This document shows positions 20,008-30,253 of a stretch of 64,000 bases of DNA, piece after piece. Origin of the DNA: Dehalococcoidia bacterium (GTDB lineage Bacteria; Chloroflexota; Dehalococcoidia; Plut-88900); assembly GCA_965197585.1 (NCBI GenBank), contig OZ240215.1, positions 3,264,001 to 3,328,000 on the forward strand. Direction: 5' to 3'. A program made the translations under genes and the position numbers. The notes beneath the pieces are model-generated. The model was not told where the DNA came from and did no database searches. It saw only the letters and a program-made list of their open reading frames with translations. The stretch's first letter is position 1; each line of letters opens with the position of its first letter.

Positions 20008-20529
20008 ATGCACTTCAACGTAGCGCAGCTTCTCTCTGGGCCCGTGGGGGCCGTGAGGGAGTGCCAAGTTTCAGGCGGCTTGGATTGGGCGGACGGTCAA
20101 ATCAAGGCCGTAATATCCGGGCCGGTGCAGATGATGCACACGGACAGGGGTGTTTTGGTCCGCGGCACACTGTGTGCGGTAGTGAATCTGGAATGCGTAA
20201 GGTGTCTGAACCAATTCGACGAAAAAGTTTCGGTCGCCTTAGAGGAGGAGTACATATCGGCGCATCAGACTTCCGGAAGAGTGGAAAGGCAGGCTCTTCG
20301 AGCAGACAACCTGCTCATTGATTCCAATAACCTTCTGGACCTGGAACCCGCGCTGAAAGAATACGCTACATTGAACAGCCCGCTGAAACCCGTGTGCAGG
20401 CCCGACTGTCCCGGCCTATGCTCTCGGTGCGGAGCTGATCTGACTCAGACCGGTTGCCTTTGCGTTACTGCCGAGGGATCCGAACAATCGGGGCTGTCGG
20501 GCCTCTTGGCAAAATATCGAACGGCGTGA
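20008..20529 (+). CDS. DUF177/YceD family protein
   Basis: ECVRCL and CRPDCPGLCSRCG; directly upstream of rpmF. Confidence 0.9.
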   Translation: MHFNVAQLLSGPVGAVRECQVSGGLDWADGQIKAVISGPVQMMHTDRGVLVRGTLCAVVNLECVRCLNQFDEKVSVALEEEYISAHQTSGRVERQALRADNLLIDSNNLLDLEPALKEYATLNSPLKPVCRPDCPGLCSRCGADLTQTGCLCVTAEGSEQSGLSGLLAKYRTA

Positions 20530-20557
20530 AGCCGGTCGCGGAGATTCAAAGATAGTT

Positions 20558-20734
20558 ATGGGTGCACTACCGAAGAGAAAGACGAGCAAGGCCAGAAGAA
20601 ATAAGCGGCGTGGGCAGGATAAGGTCATAGGACCCTCCCTCGTCGAATGTTCCCGTTGCCGCAATCCCAAGCTCTCCCATCACGTTTGCCCCACGTGCGG
20701 CACCTACAACGGCAGGGAAGTATTCGCCGAATAG
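20558..20734 (+). CDS. rpmF: 50S ribosomal protein L32 (absent from the ORF track)
   Basis: Manual translation MGALPKRKTSKARRNKRR...CSRC...HHVCPTCGTYNGREVFAE, 58 aa, Zn-ribbon type. Confidence 0.97.
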   Translation: MGALPKRKTSKARRNKRRGQDKVIGPSLVECSRCRNPKLSHHVCPTCGTYNGREVFAE

Positions 20735-20765
20735 TTCCCTTGAACGTCATCAAGGAGATTCATCT

Positions 20766-21692
20766 ATGGTTGCACAGCTAGAAGAAAAAAAGACCGCGTT
20801 CATATTCCCGGGTCAGGGGTCACAGGTAGTGGGAATGGGCAAGGACCTCTATGAGAGCTCTCCCACTGCGCGGTCGATATTCGACGAGGCGGACGAGATT
20901 CTCGGTTTCTCCCTCACCCGACTCTGCTTTGAGGGACCCCAGGAAGAGTTGACCCAGACTCAAAACGCCCAGCCCGCAATATTCACGACGAGCTTGGCGG
21001 CCTTGGCGGATATGAAAGAGAAGTCCAATGGCCAATTGGTAAACCCCGCTTTCGTGGCGGGACACAGCCTCGGTGAGTACGTCGCCCTCGTTGCCGCCGA
21101 CACTCTCACCTTCTCCGACGCCCTGCCCTTGGTTAGGGAGCGGGGTCAGCTCATGCAGAATGCCAACAGCATCCAGCCCGGCGGCATGGCCGCTATCATC
21201 GGTCTGGATGAGTCCACCACCGAAGAGATATGCCAGCAGACCGGCATGCAGATTTCCAACATCAACTCCCGGGAGCAGATAGTAATAAGCGGGCCCCAGG
21301 TGAACATCGCCAACGCATTGGACCTGGCAAGGGCCCGAGGCGCCAAAAAAGTCGTGCCTCTTCCTGTTGGCTCCGCCTTCCACTCCAACCTGATGGAACC
21401 CACCGTCGAGCGTATGACCAGTGCCATCGACCAGGTTAGCCTGAGCGACGCCTTGGTGCCGATCGTGGCCAACAGCAGCGCGAAGCCCGTGGTCGCAGCC
21501 GGTGACATCCGGGAAGAGCTGGTCTGGCAACTCTGCCACTGCGTCCAGTGGTTGGGAAGCGTCGAGTACATGATAGGGGCAGGTGTGACCACCTTCGTAG
21601 AAATCGGGCCTGGCAAGATCCTCAGCAGCCTCGTGCGTCGCATAGACCCCTCTGTCTCCGCTTTGACCTTGAATGACTACTTCAGCGGCTAA
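20766..21692 (+). CDS. fabD: Malonyl-CoA:ACP transacylase
   Basis: FPGQGSQ, GHSLGEY, AFHS, EIGPG. Confidence 0.97.
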   Translation: MVAQLEEKKTAFIFPGQGSQVVGMGKDLYESSPTARSIFDEADEILGFSLTRLCFEGPQEELTQTQNAQPAIFTTSLAALADMKEKSNGQLVNPAFVAGHSLGEYVALVAADTLTFSDALPLVRERGQLMQNANSIQPGGMAAIIGLDESTTEEICQQTGMQISNINSREQIVISGPQVNIANALDLARARGAKKVVPLPVGSAFHSNLMEPTVERMTSAIDQVSLSDALVPIVANSSAKPVVAAGDIREELVWQLCHCVQWLGSVEYMIGAGVTTFVEIGPGKILSSLVRRIDPSVSALTLNDYFSG

Positions 21693-21732
21693 TACCCGGC
21701 TTCGGCGCCCTTAGGCTATCCAGCACATTAAC

Positions 21733-22485
21733 TTGGACCAGAATCTCGCGGGAAAAATTGCCATCGTAACCGGGGGGTCCCGGGGCATAGGGCAGGCCAT
21801 TGCTGTCAGGCTCGCCAGGTCAGGGGCATTGGTCTCTGTCGGCGGGTTGCACGATATCTCCGCCACCCGAGCCTTGGTGGAGGCCGCCGGTGTCCCCACC
21901 GAAAACCTCCTCTTCACCCGCGCGGATGTCACTTCCCAGGAAGACGTAGAGACGCTGGTCAAGGCCACTATTGATCGATTCGGCAAGGTAGACATCCTGG
22001 TAAACAACGCCGGGATCAACCGGGACGGGCTGCTCCTACGCATGAAACTGGATGATTGGGACGTGGTCCTCAACACTAACCTGCGTGGCGCGTTCTTGTG
22101 CACCCAGAAGGTTCTCAGCGGTATGGTGAGAAGCCGCTGGGGAAGAATAATTAACATTTCCAGCGTCGTGGGTGTGGCAGGCAATCCGGGTCAGGCGAAC
22201 TATGCCGCCGCCAAGGCCGGAATAATCGGCTTGACCAAGACTACGGCCCGAGAAGTCGCATCCCGAAACATTACCGTCAACGCCGTTGCCCCCGGCTTCA
22301 TAGATACGGACATGACCTCCGGCCTTAGCGACCAGGTCCGGGACAGGCTTCGAGGCCAGATCCCCCAGGCCAGGTTCGGCGCTCCCGATGATGTCGCCGA
22401 CCTCGTAGAGTTCCTTGCATCCGACCGCTCGGCATACATCACCGGACAGGTGATCAACGTCGACGGCGGAATGTTCATGACGTAG
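21733..22485 (+). CDS. fabG: 3-oxoacyl-ACP reductase
   Basis: TGGSRGIG, NNAGI, GNPGQANYAAAK; operon context. Confidence 0.95.
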   Translation: MDQNLAGKIAIVTGGSRGIGQAIAVRLARSGALVSVGGLHDISATRALVEAAGVPTENLLFTRADVTSQEDVETLVKATIDRFGKVDILVNNAGINRDGLLLRMKLDDWDVVLNTNLRGAFLCTQKVLSGMVRSRWGRIINISSVVGVAGNPGQANYAAAKAGIIGLTKTTAREVASRNITVNAVAPGFIDTDMTSGLSDQVRDRLRGQIPQARFGAPDDVADLVEFLASDRSAYITGQVINVDGGMFMT

Positions 22486-22497
22486 CTGAGGAACTAG

Positions 22498-22908
22498 ATG
22501 CCCGGGTCCAGACGAAAAGGCAGAATCTTGGCGTTGCAGGCGCTCTATGAAGCCGACACGGTACAGCATGAAGTCAGCGCCATCCTAGAGCGGTCCAAGG
22601 AAAACACTGACCCATCCGATGACTCTTGGCAATTCGGTGCCGAGCTCGCCAAGGGAGTAGTCAACCGGATAGAAAATATAGACCGGATCATCGAGTCATA
22701 CGCTCCCAACTGGCCGATCTCCCAGCTTTCCTCTATAGACCGTAATATCTTGCGCATAGCCGTATACGAGCTTACTGCACCGACTGACACTCCACCCAAG
22801 GCCGCAGCCAACGAGGCTGTCGAGTTGGCCAAGACCTTCGGAAGCGATAGTTCGCAGCGTTTCGTAAACGGCGTGCTGGGGAGTTTGCTCGCCGAGCGCA
22901 ATGCTTGA
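22498..22908 (+). CDS. nusB: Transcription antitermination factor NusB
   Basis: ALQALY, DRNILR, NEAVELAK, FVNGVLG. Confidence 0.97.
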   Translation: MPGSRRKGRILALQALYEADTVQHEVSAILERSKENTDPSDDSWQFGAELAKGVVNRIENIDRIIESYAPNWPISQLSSIDRNILRIAVYELTAPTDTPPKAAANEAVELAKTFGSDSSQRFVNGVLGSLLAERNA

Positions 22909-22968
22909 CACGACCCCCCTGTAGCCTTTACATATAGACAATTAGCAGTCACTAACAGGAGTTATGCA

Positions 22969-23229
22969 ATGGCTGAAGTCCATGACAGAGTTAAGAAGAT
23001 AATAGTAGAGCAGCTTGGTGTCGAAGAGGCAGAAGTAGTTTCTTCTGCCTCTTTCATCGATGACCTCAACGCCGATTCCCTGGACTTGGTTGAACTGATA
23101 ATGGCCCTGGAAGACGAGTTCAGCGATGGTGACCAGAAACTGGAAATCGCCGACGAGGACGCCGAGAAAATTCTGACCGTTCAGGATGCGATCGACTTCA
23201 TCTCGGAAAACGTAGATACAGGCGCCTAA
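22969..23229 (+). CDS. acpP: Acyl carrier protein
   Basis: [17 protein letters not shown]. Confidence 0.97.
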   Translation: MAEVHDRVKKIIVEQLGVEEAEVVSSASFIDDLNADSLDLVELIMALEDEFSDGDQKLEIADEDAEKILTVQDAIDFISENVDTGA

Positions 23230-23474
23230 AACCCTCGGCGCTCTGCCGATTGGGCGCACAGGCAAGCTAGCTCAGCCTTCCCTTTCCGGTTGGTGTTGCG
23301 GCCCGTTTCAGGGCAGTGCTATACTCCAAACGTAATATTCGATTATTTCCATTATCCTTGGTTTGATGAAAGCCAACATCCTGAGCCCCGGCCCCGTTCC
23401 AAAGTCCTAGCCTGAACATGACCTCTAGCTCCGGAAGAGCCCGTTCCCTGTCGCATCTTTGCGTCTTTTGAAAG

Positions 23475-24089
23475 GTGACTCTATCTTTGGAACTTGACCG
23501 ATTGCATGACCGGATTAAGGAGTGCACAGCCTGTGGCCTCTGCGAGGGACGCACGACTGTCGTGCCGGGAGAAGGCCCGGAGCATCCCAGGATCATGTTC
23601 ATTGGTGAGGGCCCTGGATTTAACGAAGACAAGCAGGGTCGACCCTTCGTAGGGCCTGCGGGAAAGTTCTTGGAAGAGCTGTTGTCCGCCATAGACATGC
23701 GCAGGGAGGACGTTTACATAACCAATATCATCAAGTGCCGCCCACCTGGGAATCGAGACCCGCTTCCCGAAGAGGTGGAGTCATGCAGAACATGGCTCGA
23801 GCAGCAGATGGCCCTTCTCGACCCTGCCCTTATAGTAACGTTGGGCCGCCACTCGATGTCCAGGTTCTTCCCTAAAGAGACCATCGGCAAGGTGCACGGT
23901 ACGGCTAAGAAAGTCGATGGCCGCACGGTCTTTGCCATGTATCATCCTGCCGCAGCGCTGCACCAACAGAGACTCAGAGATACGTTGATCGAAGATATGA
24001 AGAAAATCCCCGGGGTATTGGCGCAGGAGGCCCAGGTGCCCGAGGTGGCCCAAGAAGAGGCCGGTCCCGAGCAATTATCCATGTTCTAA
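23475..24089 (+). CDS. Family 4 uracil-DNA glycosylase ([4Fe-4S])
   Basis: CxxCxLC, GEGPG, PFVG, KCRPPGNRDP, YHPAA; ends EQLSMF (clamp-binding-like). Confidence 0.95.
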   Translation: MTLSLELDRLHDRIKECTACGLCEGRTTVVPGEGPEHPRIMFIGEGPGFNEDKQGRPFVGPAGKFLEELLSAIDMRREDVYITNIIKCRPPGNRDPLPEEVESCRTWLEQQMALLDPALIVTLGRHSMSRFFPKETIGKVHGTAKKVDGRTVFAMYHPAAALHQQRLRDTLIEDMKKIPGVLAQEAQVPEVAQEEAGPEQLSMF

Positions 24090-24099
24090 TTTTTTTCGC

Positions 24100-25755
24100 A
24101 TGTCCAACCTTCCTTTCAAAGTAATTCCGTTAGGCGGTCTGGGTGAAATAGGGAAAAATATGCTGGCGTTGGAATATGACGGCGATATTGTCGTTATAGA
24201 TGCCGGTATTTCGTTCCCCGGGGAAGACCTTCCAGGTATAAATCTGGTCATCCCCGACATTTCATACCTCATCGAGAACGCCTCCAAGGTCCGGGGTATC
24301 GTTATAACCCACGGGCACGAAGACCATACCGGCGCGCTCCCGTTCGTCTTGGACCAATTGGACGTCCCGGTCTACGCCCCGCGCCTCGCCGAAGGACTAA
24401 TCGCGGCGAAGCTCAAGGGGTATGGTAAGCTCAAGAATGCCCAGCTGGAGATCGCTATACCCGGCGTCCCCTTCGATGTGGGCGTTTTCACCGTGGAGAG
24501 CTTCAGGGTCTGCCACAGCATCCCGGACTCCACAGGATTGATAGTCCGATATCCGGGAGGCGCCGTTATACACACGGGCGACTTCAAGTTCGACCATACA
24601 CCGGTAGATGGCAGACCGGCAGACCTGTCCCGCCTGGCCCAGCTAGGTGACGAGGGAGTGCAGTTGCTTCTTTCGGACTCTACCTACGCTGAGCTGCCTG
24701 GTTACACGCCTTCGGAGCAGACGGTGGGTGAGACGCTGCGGCAGATAATGGTCGAAGCCGAGGGTCGGGTAATCGTGGCTACCTTTGCGTCATTGGTGTC
24801 CAGGGTCCAGCAGGTGATAGATGCGGCCGTGGCAAACGGGCGGAAAGTGTGCGTTGAAGGCCGGAGCATGGTCGAAACCGTCAATCTATCCGAAAAGCTG
24901 GGCTACCTGGATGTGCCCGAGGGTACGCTCATCAGACTGGATGACGCCCGGAAACTTGCCCCGAGTCAGGTGACAATAGTGCTCACCGGAACTCAGGGAG
25001 AGCCGTCCTCGGCCCTGAGCAGGATTGCCAACCGGGAGCACAAGCACATAGAGATAGAACCCAAAGACACCGTGGTGATGTCGGCTTCTCCTATACCCGG
25101 GAACCAGGGCCACATCGGCAAGACCATAGACAACCTGTTCCGGCTGGGCGCCAACGTTTTGTATGGACGGATCAGACAAGTTCATGTGCACGGCCACGCC
25201 AGTCAGGAAGAACTAAAGCTGATGCTGGGATTGACCAGGCCCAGATTTTTCGTGCCAATCCACGGCGAGCACCGGCACCAGGTCATTCACACCAGGCTGG
25301 CCCAGTCCATGGGCATCGATCCTGACAATACGTTCGTGCTGGACAACGGCGACGTTTTGGAAATTTCGGAACATGAAGCTCGTATCACCGATAGGGTCCA
25401 GGCAGGGCCCGTGTACCTCGACGGAAGCGGCCGGTGGGAGACCGAAAGCAAGGTCCTCAAAGACCGGAGGAAATTGGCCCGATATGGGTTTGTTATAATT
25501 ACGTTAAGTCTTGACAAGGCTACGGGCAAAGTGAACTCTAACCCGGAAGTCGTAACCCAAGGTTTCGCCGAAGAGGCCGAGACCCCCGCTCTTATCGAGG
25601 GTACTCATAGGGTGGTAGCCGAGACCGTCGAGCAGTTGAACGGCACCCTGACCGGGGCCAATTTGAAATCAAGTATTAAATCCGCGCTTAAGAAATATTA
25701 TCACCAAGAGACAAAACGACGCCCAATTATCCTTCCAATAGTTGTGGAAGGGTGA
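24100..25755 (+). CDS. rnj: Ribonuclease J
   Basis: PLGGLGEIGKNM, THGHEDH, HSIPD, HTGDFK, PIHGE. Confidence 0.97.
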   Translation: MSNLPFKVIPLGGLGEIGKNMLALEYDGDIVVIDAGISFPGEDLPGINLVIPDISYLIENASKVRGIVITHGHEDHTGALPFVLDQLDVPVYAPRLAEGLIAAKLKGYGKLKNAQLEIAIPGVPFDVGVFTVESFRVCHSIPDSTGLIVRYPGGAVIHTGDFKFDHTPVDGRPADLSRLAQLGDEGVQLLLSDSTYAELPGYTPSEQTVGETLRQIMVEAEGRVIVATFASLVSRVQQVIDAAVANGRKVCVEGRSMVETVNLSEKLGYLDVPEGTLIRLDDARKLAPSQVTIVLTGTQGEPSSALSRIANREHKHIEIEPKDTVVMSASPIPGNQGHIGKTIDNLFRLGANVLYGRIRQVHVHGHASQEELKLMLGLTRPRFFVPIHGEHRHQVIHTRLAQSMGIDPDNTFVLDNGDVLEISEHEARITDRVQAGPVYLDGSGRWETESKVLKDRRKLARYGFVIITLSLDKATGKVNSNPEVVTQGFAEEAETPALIEGTHRVVAETVEQLNGTLTGANLKSSIKSALKKYYHQETKRRPIILPIVVEG

Positions 25756-25801
25756 GGCATTTGGTAATGGAAATCACAAATCAAAGAAAGGAGGATCGGC
25801 A

Positions 25802-28363
25802 ATGGCTAGGTCAAGGGCTCTTCGCGGCTCGCAAAGTGGCTTTCACCCCAGGGGACCCACGGGATGGGACCTGAGGATGTCAGATACAGGGAGGTTGAAC
25901 TCGGAAGTTCGCTGGCTGCTGATAGCAATAGTAATTTTAATCCTTCTCACTCCCCCAGCCGTAATCTTCCGGGACACTCTCATTAGGACCTTCGGCCTCG
26001 CAATGGGGCCTGTCGGTGGGGTTGCCCTGCTGGGCATCATAGTTGCTGCCAGACACCCGAGAAGTTTGGTGTCAAAGTTCAACTGGTGGCTGGCCGTGGT
26101 GGTCGCGGGCGCCATTACCTTCGGGAGCATGGCGTTCTTCAGCTTTGAATATGGCGTTCTCAGGGACGTTACCATGGGTGGAGAAACCGGGGTTCTGATA
26201 ATCGGGGAACAGGACAGGTGGGGAATAGCGCGCCTGAGCGGCATGGCGCTTTTAGCCTGCTACCTGGTCGCCCCCAGGTTTTCGCTTCAATCCACACTCA
26301 TAGCCCTATTCTCCGTGTTGTGGTCAATCACGCTGATTTTCAGGGTGATGTTCGCTGCATTCGGCAGAATACGGGACCGGTATGAGGACCGGCAGGTACG
26401 GCGCATGGTGGGTACCTTGAACCGGGTTAACCCAAACCGGGTTAACGTTTCGGAGATGTGGCCGAGGCTAGGCATGATCCGTCCCCGGGAAGCGCAGCCC
26501 ACCGAGGCTCCTCCACCCGAAGAGCTTAACTACGAGGCTGCCATTGCCGACTCCCTTGTAATGGCCGAACCTGTTCCCGCTCCGACAGGCGTCGCTGTGG
26601 CCGACATCGATGAGGATGAAGAGTACGAGGGCGAAGAGGAAGAGTACGGCGACGAGGAATCGGATGACGACGGACCCCTCACGCCGGTATACCTGCCTAA
26701 GCAGGAGTCCATGTTCACCGACCCTGCACCGGCGGAGCCCCAGCCTACTAATGGCGTCTCCGGAGCCCATGCCTCGGACATCGGCCCCGAAGTTCCCTCC
26801 TTGGACATCTTGGATGCCACGGAACCGGTAGAGACGCTTCCCGACGACCACCAGGAACGTGCACAACAGATTGAAGAGGCTTTGGCCAGTCACGGCATCG
26901 ATGCCAAAGTCACCCAGATTAACCCCGGCCCGACCGTCACTCAGTTCGGCGTCGAACCCGGTTGGTTCAGGAAGTTCAAAGAGGTCAGGGAGCGGGACCC
27001 GGACGGCAAGCTAAAAGTAGACGAAACGGGCATGCCGGTTGTCCGTCATGAAGAAGTCTCCAAGAAGAGAGTGCGGGTAGACCAGATAGCGGCCCTCGAC
27101 AAGGACCTCGCCCTGGCTATGGCTGCCCCAACTATCAGGATCGAGGCCCCGGTGCCGGGCAAGGCCATGGTAGGCATCGAAGTCCCCAATGTCACCATGG
27201 GTGTGGTAGGCCTTAAAGAGGCCCTCGCCAGCCCCGAGTTCCGAAAAATGTTGGGGAAGTCCAGGCTCGCCGTCGCCCTCGGCAAGGGCAGCGCAGGCCA
27301 GATGCTCATGGGTGACCTCGCTGCAATGCCCCACCTGCTCATAGCCGGTTCTACCGGCAGCGGCAAGAGCGTTTGCATCACGTCACTCATCTCCTCCCTG
27401 CTGATGAACAACACTCCCCGGGACGTTCAGTTCGTCATGGTAGACCCCAAACGGGTCGAGCTGGTTCCCTTCAGCACCGTTCCCCACCTGGCGACACCCG
27501 TAATCATGGACATGGACAAGGTAGTTGGCGCTCTGAAGTGGGTCACCGAAGAGATGGACCGCCGATACAAGGTCATGGCCGGCGCAGGCGCTCGTAACAT
27601 CAGCGGTTACAACGCCAAGGTTGACGATGAAGACCACCTGTCCTATCTCGTCGTAGTGATCGATGAGTTGGCCGACCTCATGGTGATGGCTCCGTTCGAC
27701 GTGGAGCAATCTCTGACCCGGCTGGCCCAGATGGGCCGAGCCACCGGCATCCACCTGATCGTTGCCACGCAGCGGCCCTCGGTGGACGTGATCACCGGAC
27801 TGATCAAGGCCAACTTCCCGACCCGGATCAGCTTCGCCGTTACCTCAATGACCGACTCCCGCGTCATTTTGGACGTCCCAGGCGCAGAGAAGTTGCTGGG
27901 CCGGGGAGACATGCTCTACTTGCCCTCCGACGCGGCCAAGCCCAAGAGGTTGCAAGGTGTCTACCTGTCAGACATGGAGGTGGAGAGAATAGTCCACTTC
28001 TGGTCCGAAAAGGTGGGCGGAGTTGCGGAGCCACCAACGATAGAAGAGCTCCTGGCGTCGGGGTCGGATGAAGAACAGAATGAGTTTGTGGAGCCGTCCC
28101 TTCCCCTACCCCTGTTGCCCAGGATATCGGACACCCTGCAAGAGATACAGGAAAATGAAGACCCCATGTTCACCAAGGCTCGTGGCTTGGCGATGCGGCA
28201 CAAGAGTGTCTCTGCGTCTCTGTTGCAGAGACGGCTCGGAATCGGCTATCCGAAGGCCGCCAGCCTCCTTGACCAATTGGAGGAGAATGGGATAGTGTCC
28301 GATGGAGAGCCTGGAAAGTCCCGCACAGTGTTGAAGCCCGACGAGGATGATGACGAGTACTAG
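25802..28363 (+). CDS. ftsK: DNA translocase FtsK/SpoIIIE
   Basis: N-terminal TMs, PHLLIAGSTGSGKS, DPKRVEL, IDELADLM, ATQRPS, gamma domain; SD AAAGGAGG before 25802. Confidence 0.95.
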   Translation: MARSRALRGSQSGFHPRGPTGWDLRMSDTGRLNSEVRWLLIAIVILILLTPPAVIFRDTLIRTFGLAMGPVGGVALLGIIVAARHPRSLVSKFNWWLAVVVAGAITFGSMAFFSFEYGVLRDVTMGGETGVLIIGEQDRWGIARLSGMALLACYLVAPRFSLQSTLIALFSVLWSITLIFRVMFAAFGRIRDRYEDRQVRRMVGTLNRVNPNRVNVSEMWPRLGMIRPREAQPTEAPPPEELNYEAAIADSLVMAEPVPAPTGVAVADIDEDEEYEGEEEEYGDEESDDDGPLTPVYLPKQESMFTDPAPAEPQPTNGVSGAHASDIGPEVPSLDILDATEPVETLPDDHQERAQQIEEALASHGIDAKVTQINPGPTVTQFGVEPGWFRKFKEVRERDPDGKLKVDETGMPVVRHEEVSKKRVRVDQIAALDKDLALAMAAPTIRIEAPVPGKAMVGIEVPNVTMGVVGLKEALASPEFRKMLGKSRLAVALGKGSAGQMLMGDLAAMPHLLIAGSTGSGKSVCITSLISSLLMNNTPRDVQFVMVDPKRVELVPFSTVPHLATPVIMDMDKVVGALKWVTEEMDRRYKVMAGAGARNISGYNAKVDDEDHLSYLVVVIDELADLMVMAPFDVEQSLTRLAQMGRATGIHLIVATQRPSVDVITGLIKANFPTRISFAVTSMTDSRVILDVPGAEKLLGRGDMLYLPSDAAKPKRLQGVYLSDMEVERIVHFWSEKVGGVAEPPTIEELLASGSDEEQNEFVEPSLPLPLLPRISDTLQEIQENEDPMFTKARGLAMRHKSVSASLLQRRLGIGYPKAASLLDQLEENGIVSDGEPGKSRTVLKPDEDDDEY

Positions 28364-30203
28364 GCAAAGGACGCGTAAGCTCGCCAACCTCCTGAGCTCT
28401 TTCATTAAGGGAGGTGGCGAGCAGGGCGCGTCGGATGACCCCGAAACGCGGGTCTGTCTATCCTGCGGCGCTTTCCTCACGGGGTCCAGGTCTTTTGAGA
28501 AATTGAAGACCTGCAGCTTCTGCGGTTTTCACTTCAACATATCGGCTCGGGAACGCATCAAACTCCTCGCCGATGAAGGGACCTTTAAGGAGCTGAATCG
28601 GTCCCTGATCTCCATGGACCCCCTGTCCTTCTCCGGTGGGGTTTCCTACCGCAAGAAACTGCATGAGGCCCAGAAGATGACGGGCCTCACGGAGGCCGCG
28701 GTCACCGGGACCTGCGAAATCAAGGGATGTCCCACCGTCATTGCCGTTCTGGACTTCGGGTTCCTGGGCGGCAGCATGGGTTGCGTGGTCGGAGAGAAGG
28801 TCACCCTGGCCTTCGAGACCGCAGTAAAGAAAAAGCTCCCGATAGTGGCGGTGGTTACCAGTGGGGGGGCCAGAATCCAGGAAGGTGTCCTTTCGCTGAT
28901 GCAGATGGCAAAGACCGTCGCAGCGGCGAAACGGCTGCGGAAGCCGGGATTGCCCTTCATAACGGTCCTGACCAACCCGACCACCGGCCAGGTCTATTCC
29001 AGCTTCGCCAACATGGCCGACATCATCCTCGCCGAACCGGACGCCCTGGTCGGCTTCGCTCCCCTCAGGGCGGTCAAGGAGAGCAGCGGCGCACCCCTCC
29101 CATCCGGCGCACACACCTCCGAGTCCCATCTGGAACACGGGATGATTGATAAGGTGGTTGATCGGGAACAGCTCCCGGACATTCTCTCCCTTCTGCTGGA
29201 CATGCTCTACTCCAGGTACAAGGTGGAGGTGCGAGGAAAGAAACCCAAGATGGGCTACTCCACCACCTACAATGCCTCGGCGTGGGAGCAAGTCCGACTC
29301 GCACGCCATGAGCAGAGACCCACGGTCCTGGACTACATAGGCCGGATGGCTTCCAGCTTCGTCGAGCTGAAGGGCGATCGCGTCCACGGCGATGATGAGG
29401 CCGTGGTGGCAGGTCTCGGATATCTGGGCGGCCAGGCAGTGGTGGTTCTGGGGCAGGAGAAGGGCCACGGGCCCGACTCCCGTAAACGGAACAACGGACG
29501 CACCGGCCCGGAGGGGTTTCGCAAGGCACAGCGCATGATGCGCATGGCCTCCCGCTTCCATCTGCCCCTTATCACCTTCATCGATACGCCGGGTCCTCTT
29601 CTCAGCCTCGCAGCGGAGGAGCGGGGACTCGGCAATGCCATAGCCAGTACCATGGCGCTGCTTTCGGACCTTCCCACACCTGTGATCTCGGTAATAATAG
29701 GTGAGGGAGGGAGCGAAGGTGCCCTTGCTTTCGGGGTGGCGGACACAATTTTGATGCTGGAAAACGCCATCTACTCCCCCATCTCCCCCGAGGGCGCTGC
29801 TACCCTCCTGTATCGTGACGCAGCTAAGGCGGAGACGGTGGCCCTGGCCCTCCAGCTGACGGCTCGGGACTGCAAGCGGCTCAATATAATTGATATAGTC
29901 GTCCCCGAGCCCGAGGGCGGAGCCCACCAGTACCCCAATGAAGCTGCCCAACAGCTCCAGAGGATTCTCGTCCGTGAGCTGTTGCGGGTACAGGCTGTCC
30001 CGACCAACAAACTGGTCAAAGCGCGCTACAAAAAGTACCGGAACATGGGAGAGTACAGTTCCCACTACCGTGAAGCTTTGATGAAGGAAATCGAGTATCT
30101 GCAGGGCCGCGTGTCCAGCCGTGTGCGTAGACTTGGTAACCGGCTGCCCGGGGCCGGCAAGTCCTCCGGTTCCGAAGAGAGCAACTTCCGGGTCTCTTAC
30201 TGA
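28347..30203 (+). CDS. Acetyl-CoA carboxylase carboxyltransferase, fused beta (AccD) and alpha (AccA)
   Basis: CxxC..CxxC, GGSMG, SGGARIQEG, then RPTVLDY, GFRKAQR, DTPG, GEGGS. Confidence 0.92.
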   Translation: MMTSTRQRTRKLANLLSSFIKGGGEQGASDDPETRVCLSCGAFLTGSRSFEKLKTCSFCGFHFNISARERIKLLADEGTFKELNRSLISMDPLSFSGGVSYRKKLHEAQKMTGLTEAAVTGTCEIKGCPTVIAVLDFGFLGGSMGCVVGEKVTLAFETAVKKKLPIVAVVTSGGARIQEGVLSLMQMAKTVAAAKRLRKPGLPFITVLTNPTTGQVYSSFANMADIILAEPDALVGFAPLRAVKESSGAPLPSGAHTSESHLEHGMIDKVVDREQLPDILSLLLDMLYSRYKVEVRGKKPKMGYSTTYNASAWEQVRLARHEQRPTVLDYIGRMASSFVELKGDRVHGDDEAVVAGLGYLGGQAVVVLGQEKGHGPDSRKRNNGRTGPEGFRKAQRMMRMASRFHLPLITFIDTPGPLLSLAAEERGLGNAIASTMALLSDLPTPVISVIIGEGGSEGALAFGVADTILMLENAIYSPISPEGAATLLYRDAAKAETVALALQLTARDCKRLNIIDIVVPEPEGGAHQYPNEAAQQLQRILVRELLRVQAVPTNKLVKARYKKYRNMGEYSSHYREALMKEIEYLQGRVSSRVRRLGNRLPGAGKSSGSEESNFRVSY

Positions 30204-30253
30204 CCGGCCCAGACACCTTCCCATCAACCCTCCCTGAATCGAAAGGCGCAGCC

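Noticed and set aside
23230-23474. Possible riboswitch or ncRNA between acpP and the UDG gene
   Set aside because: Has a TGCTATACT -10-like site and small hairpins, but no recognisable RNA family motif
28458-30227. 589 aa antisense ORF
   Set aside because: Lies opposite the accD-accA fusion; no motifs; typical shadow ORF of GC-biased codon usage
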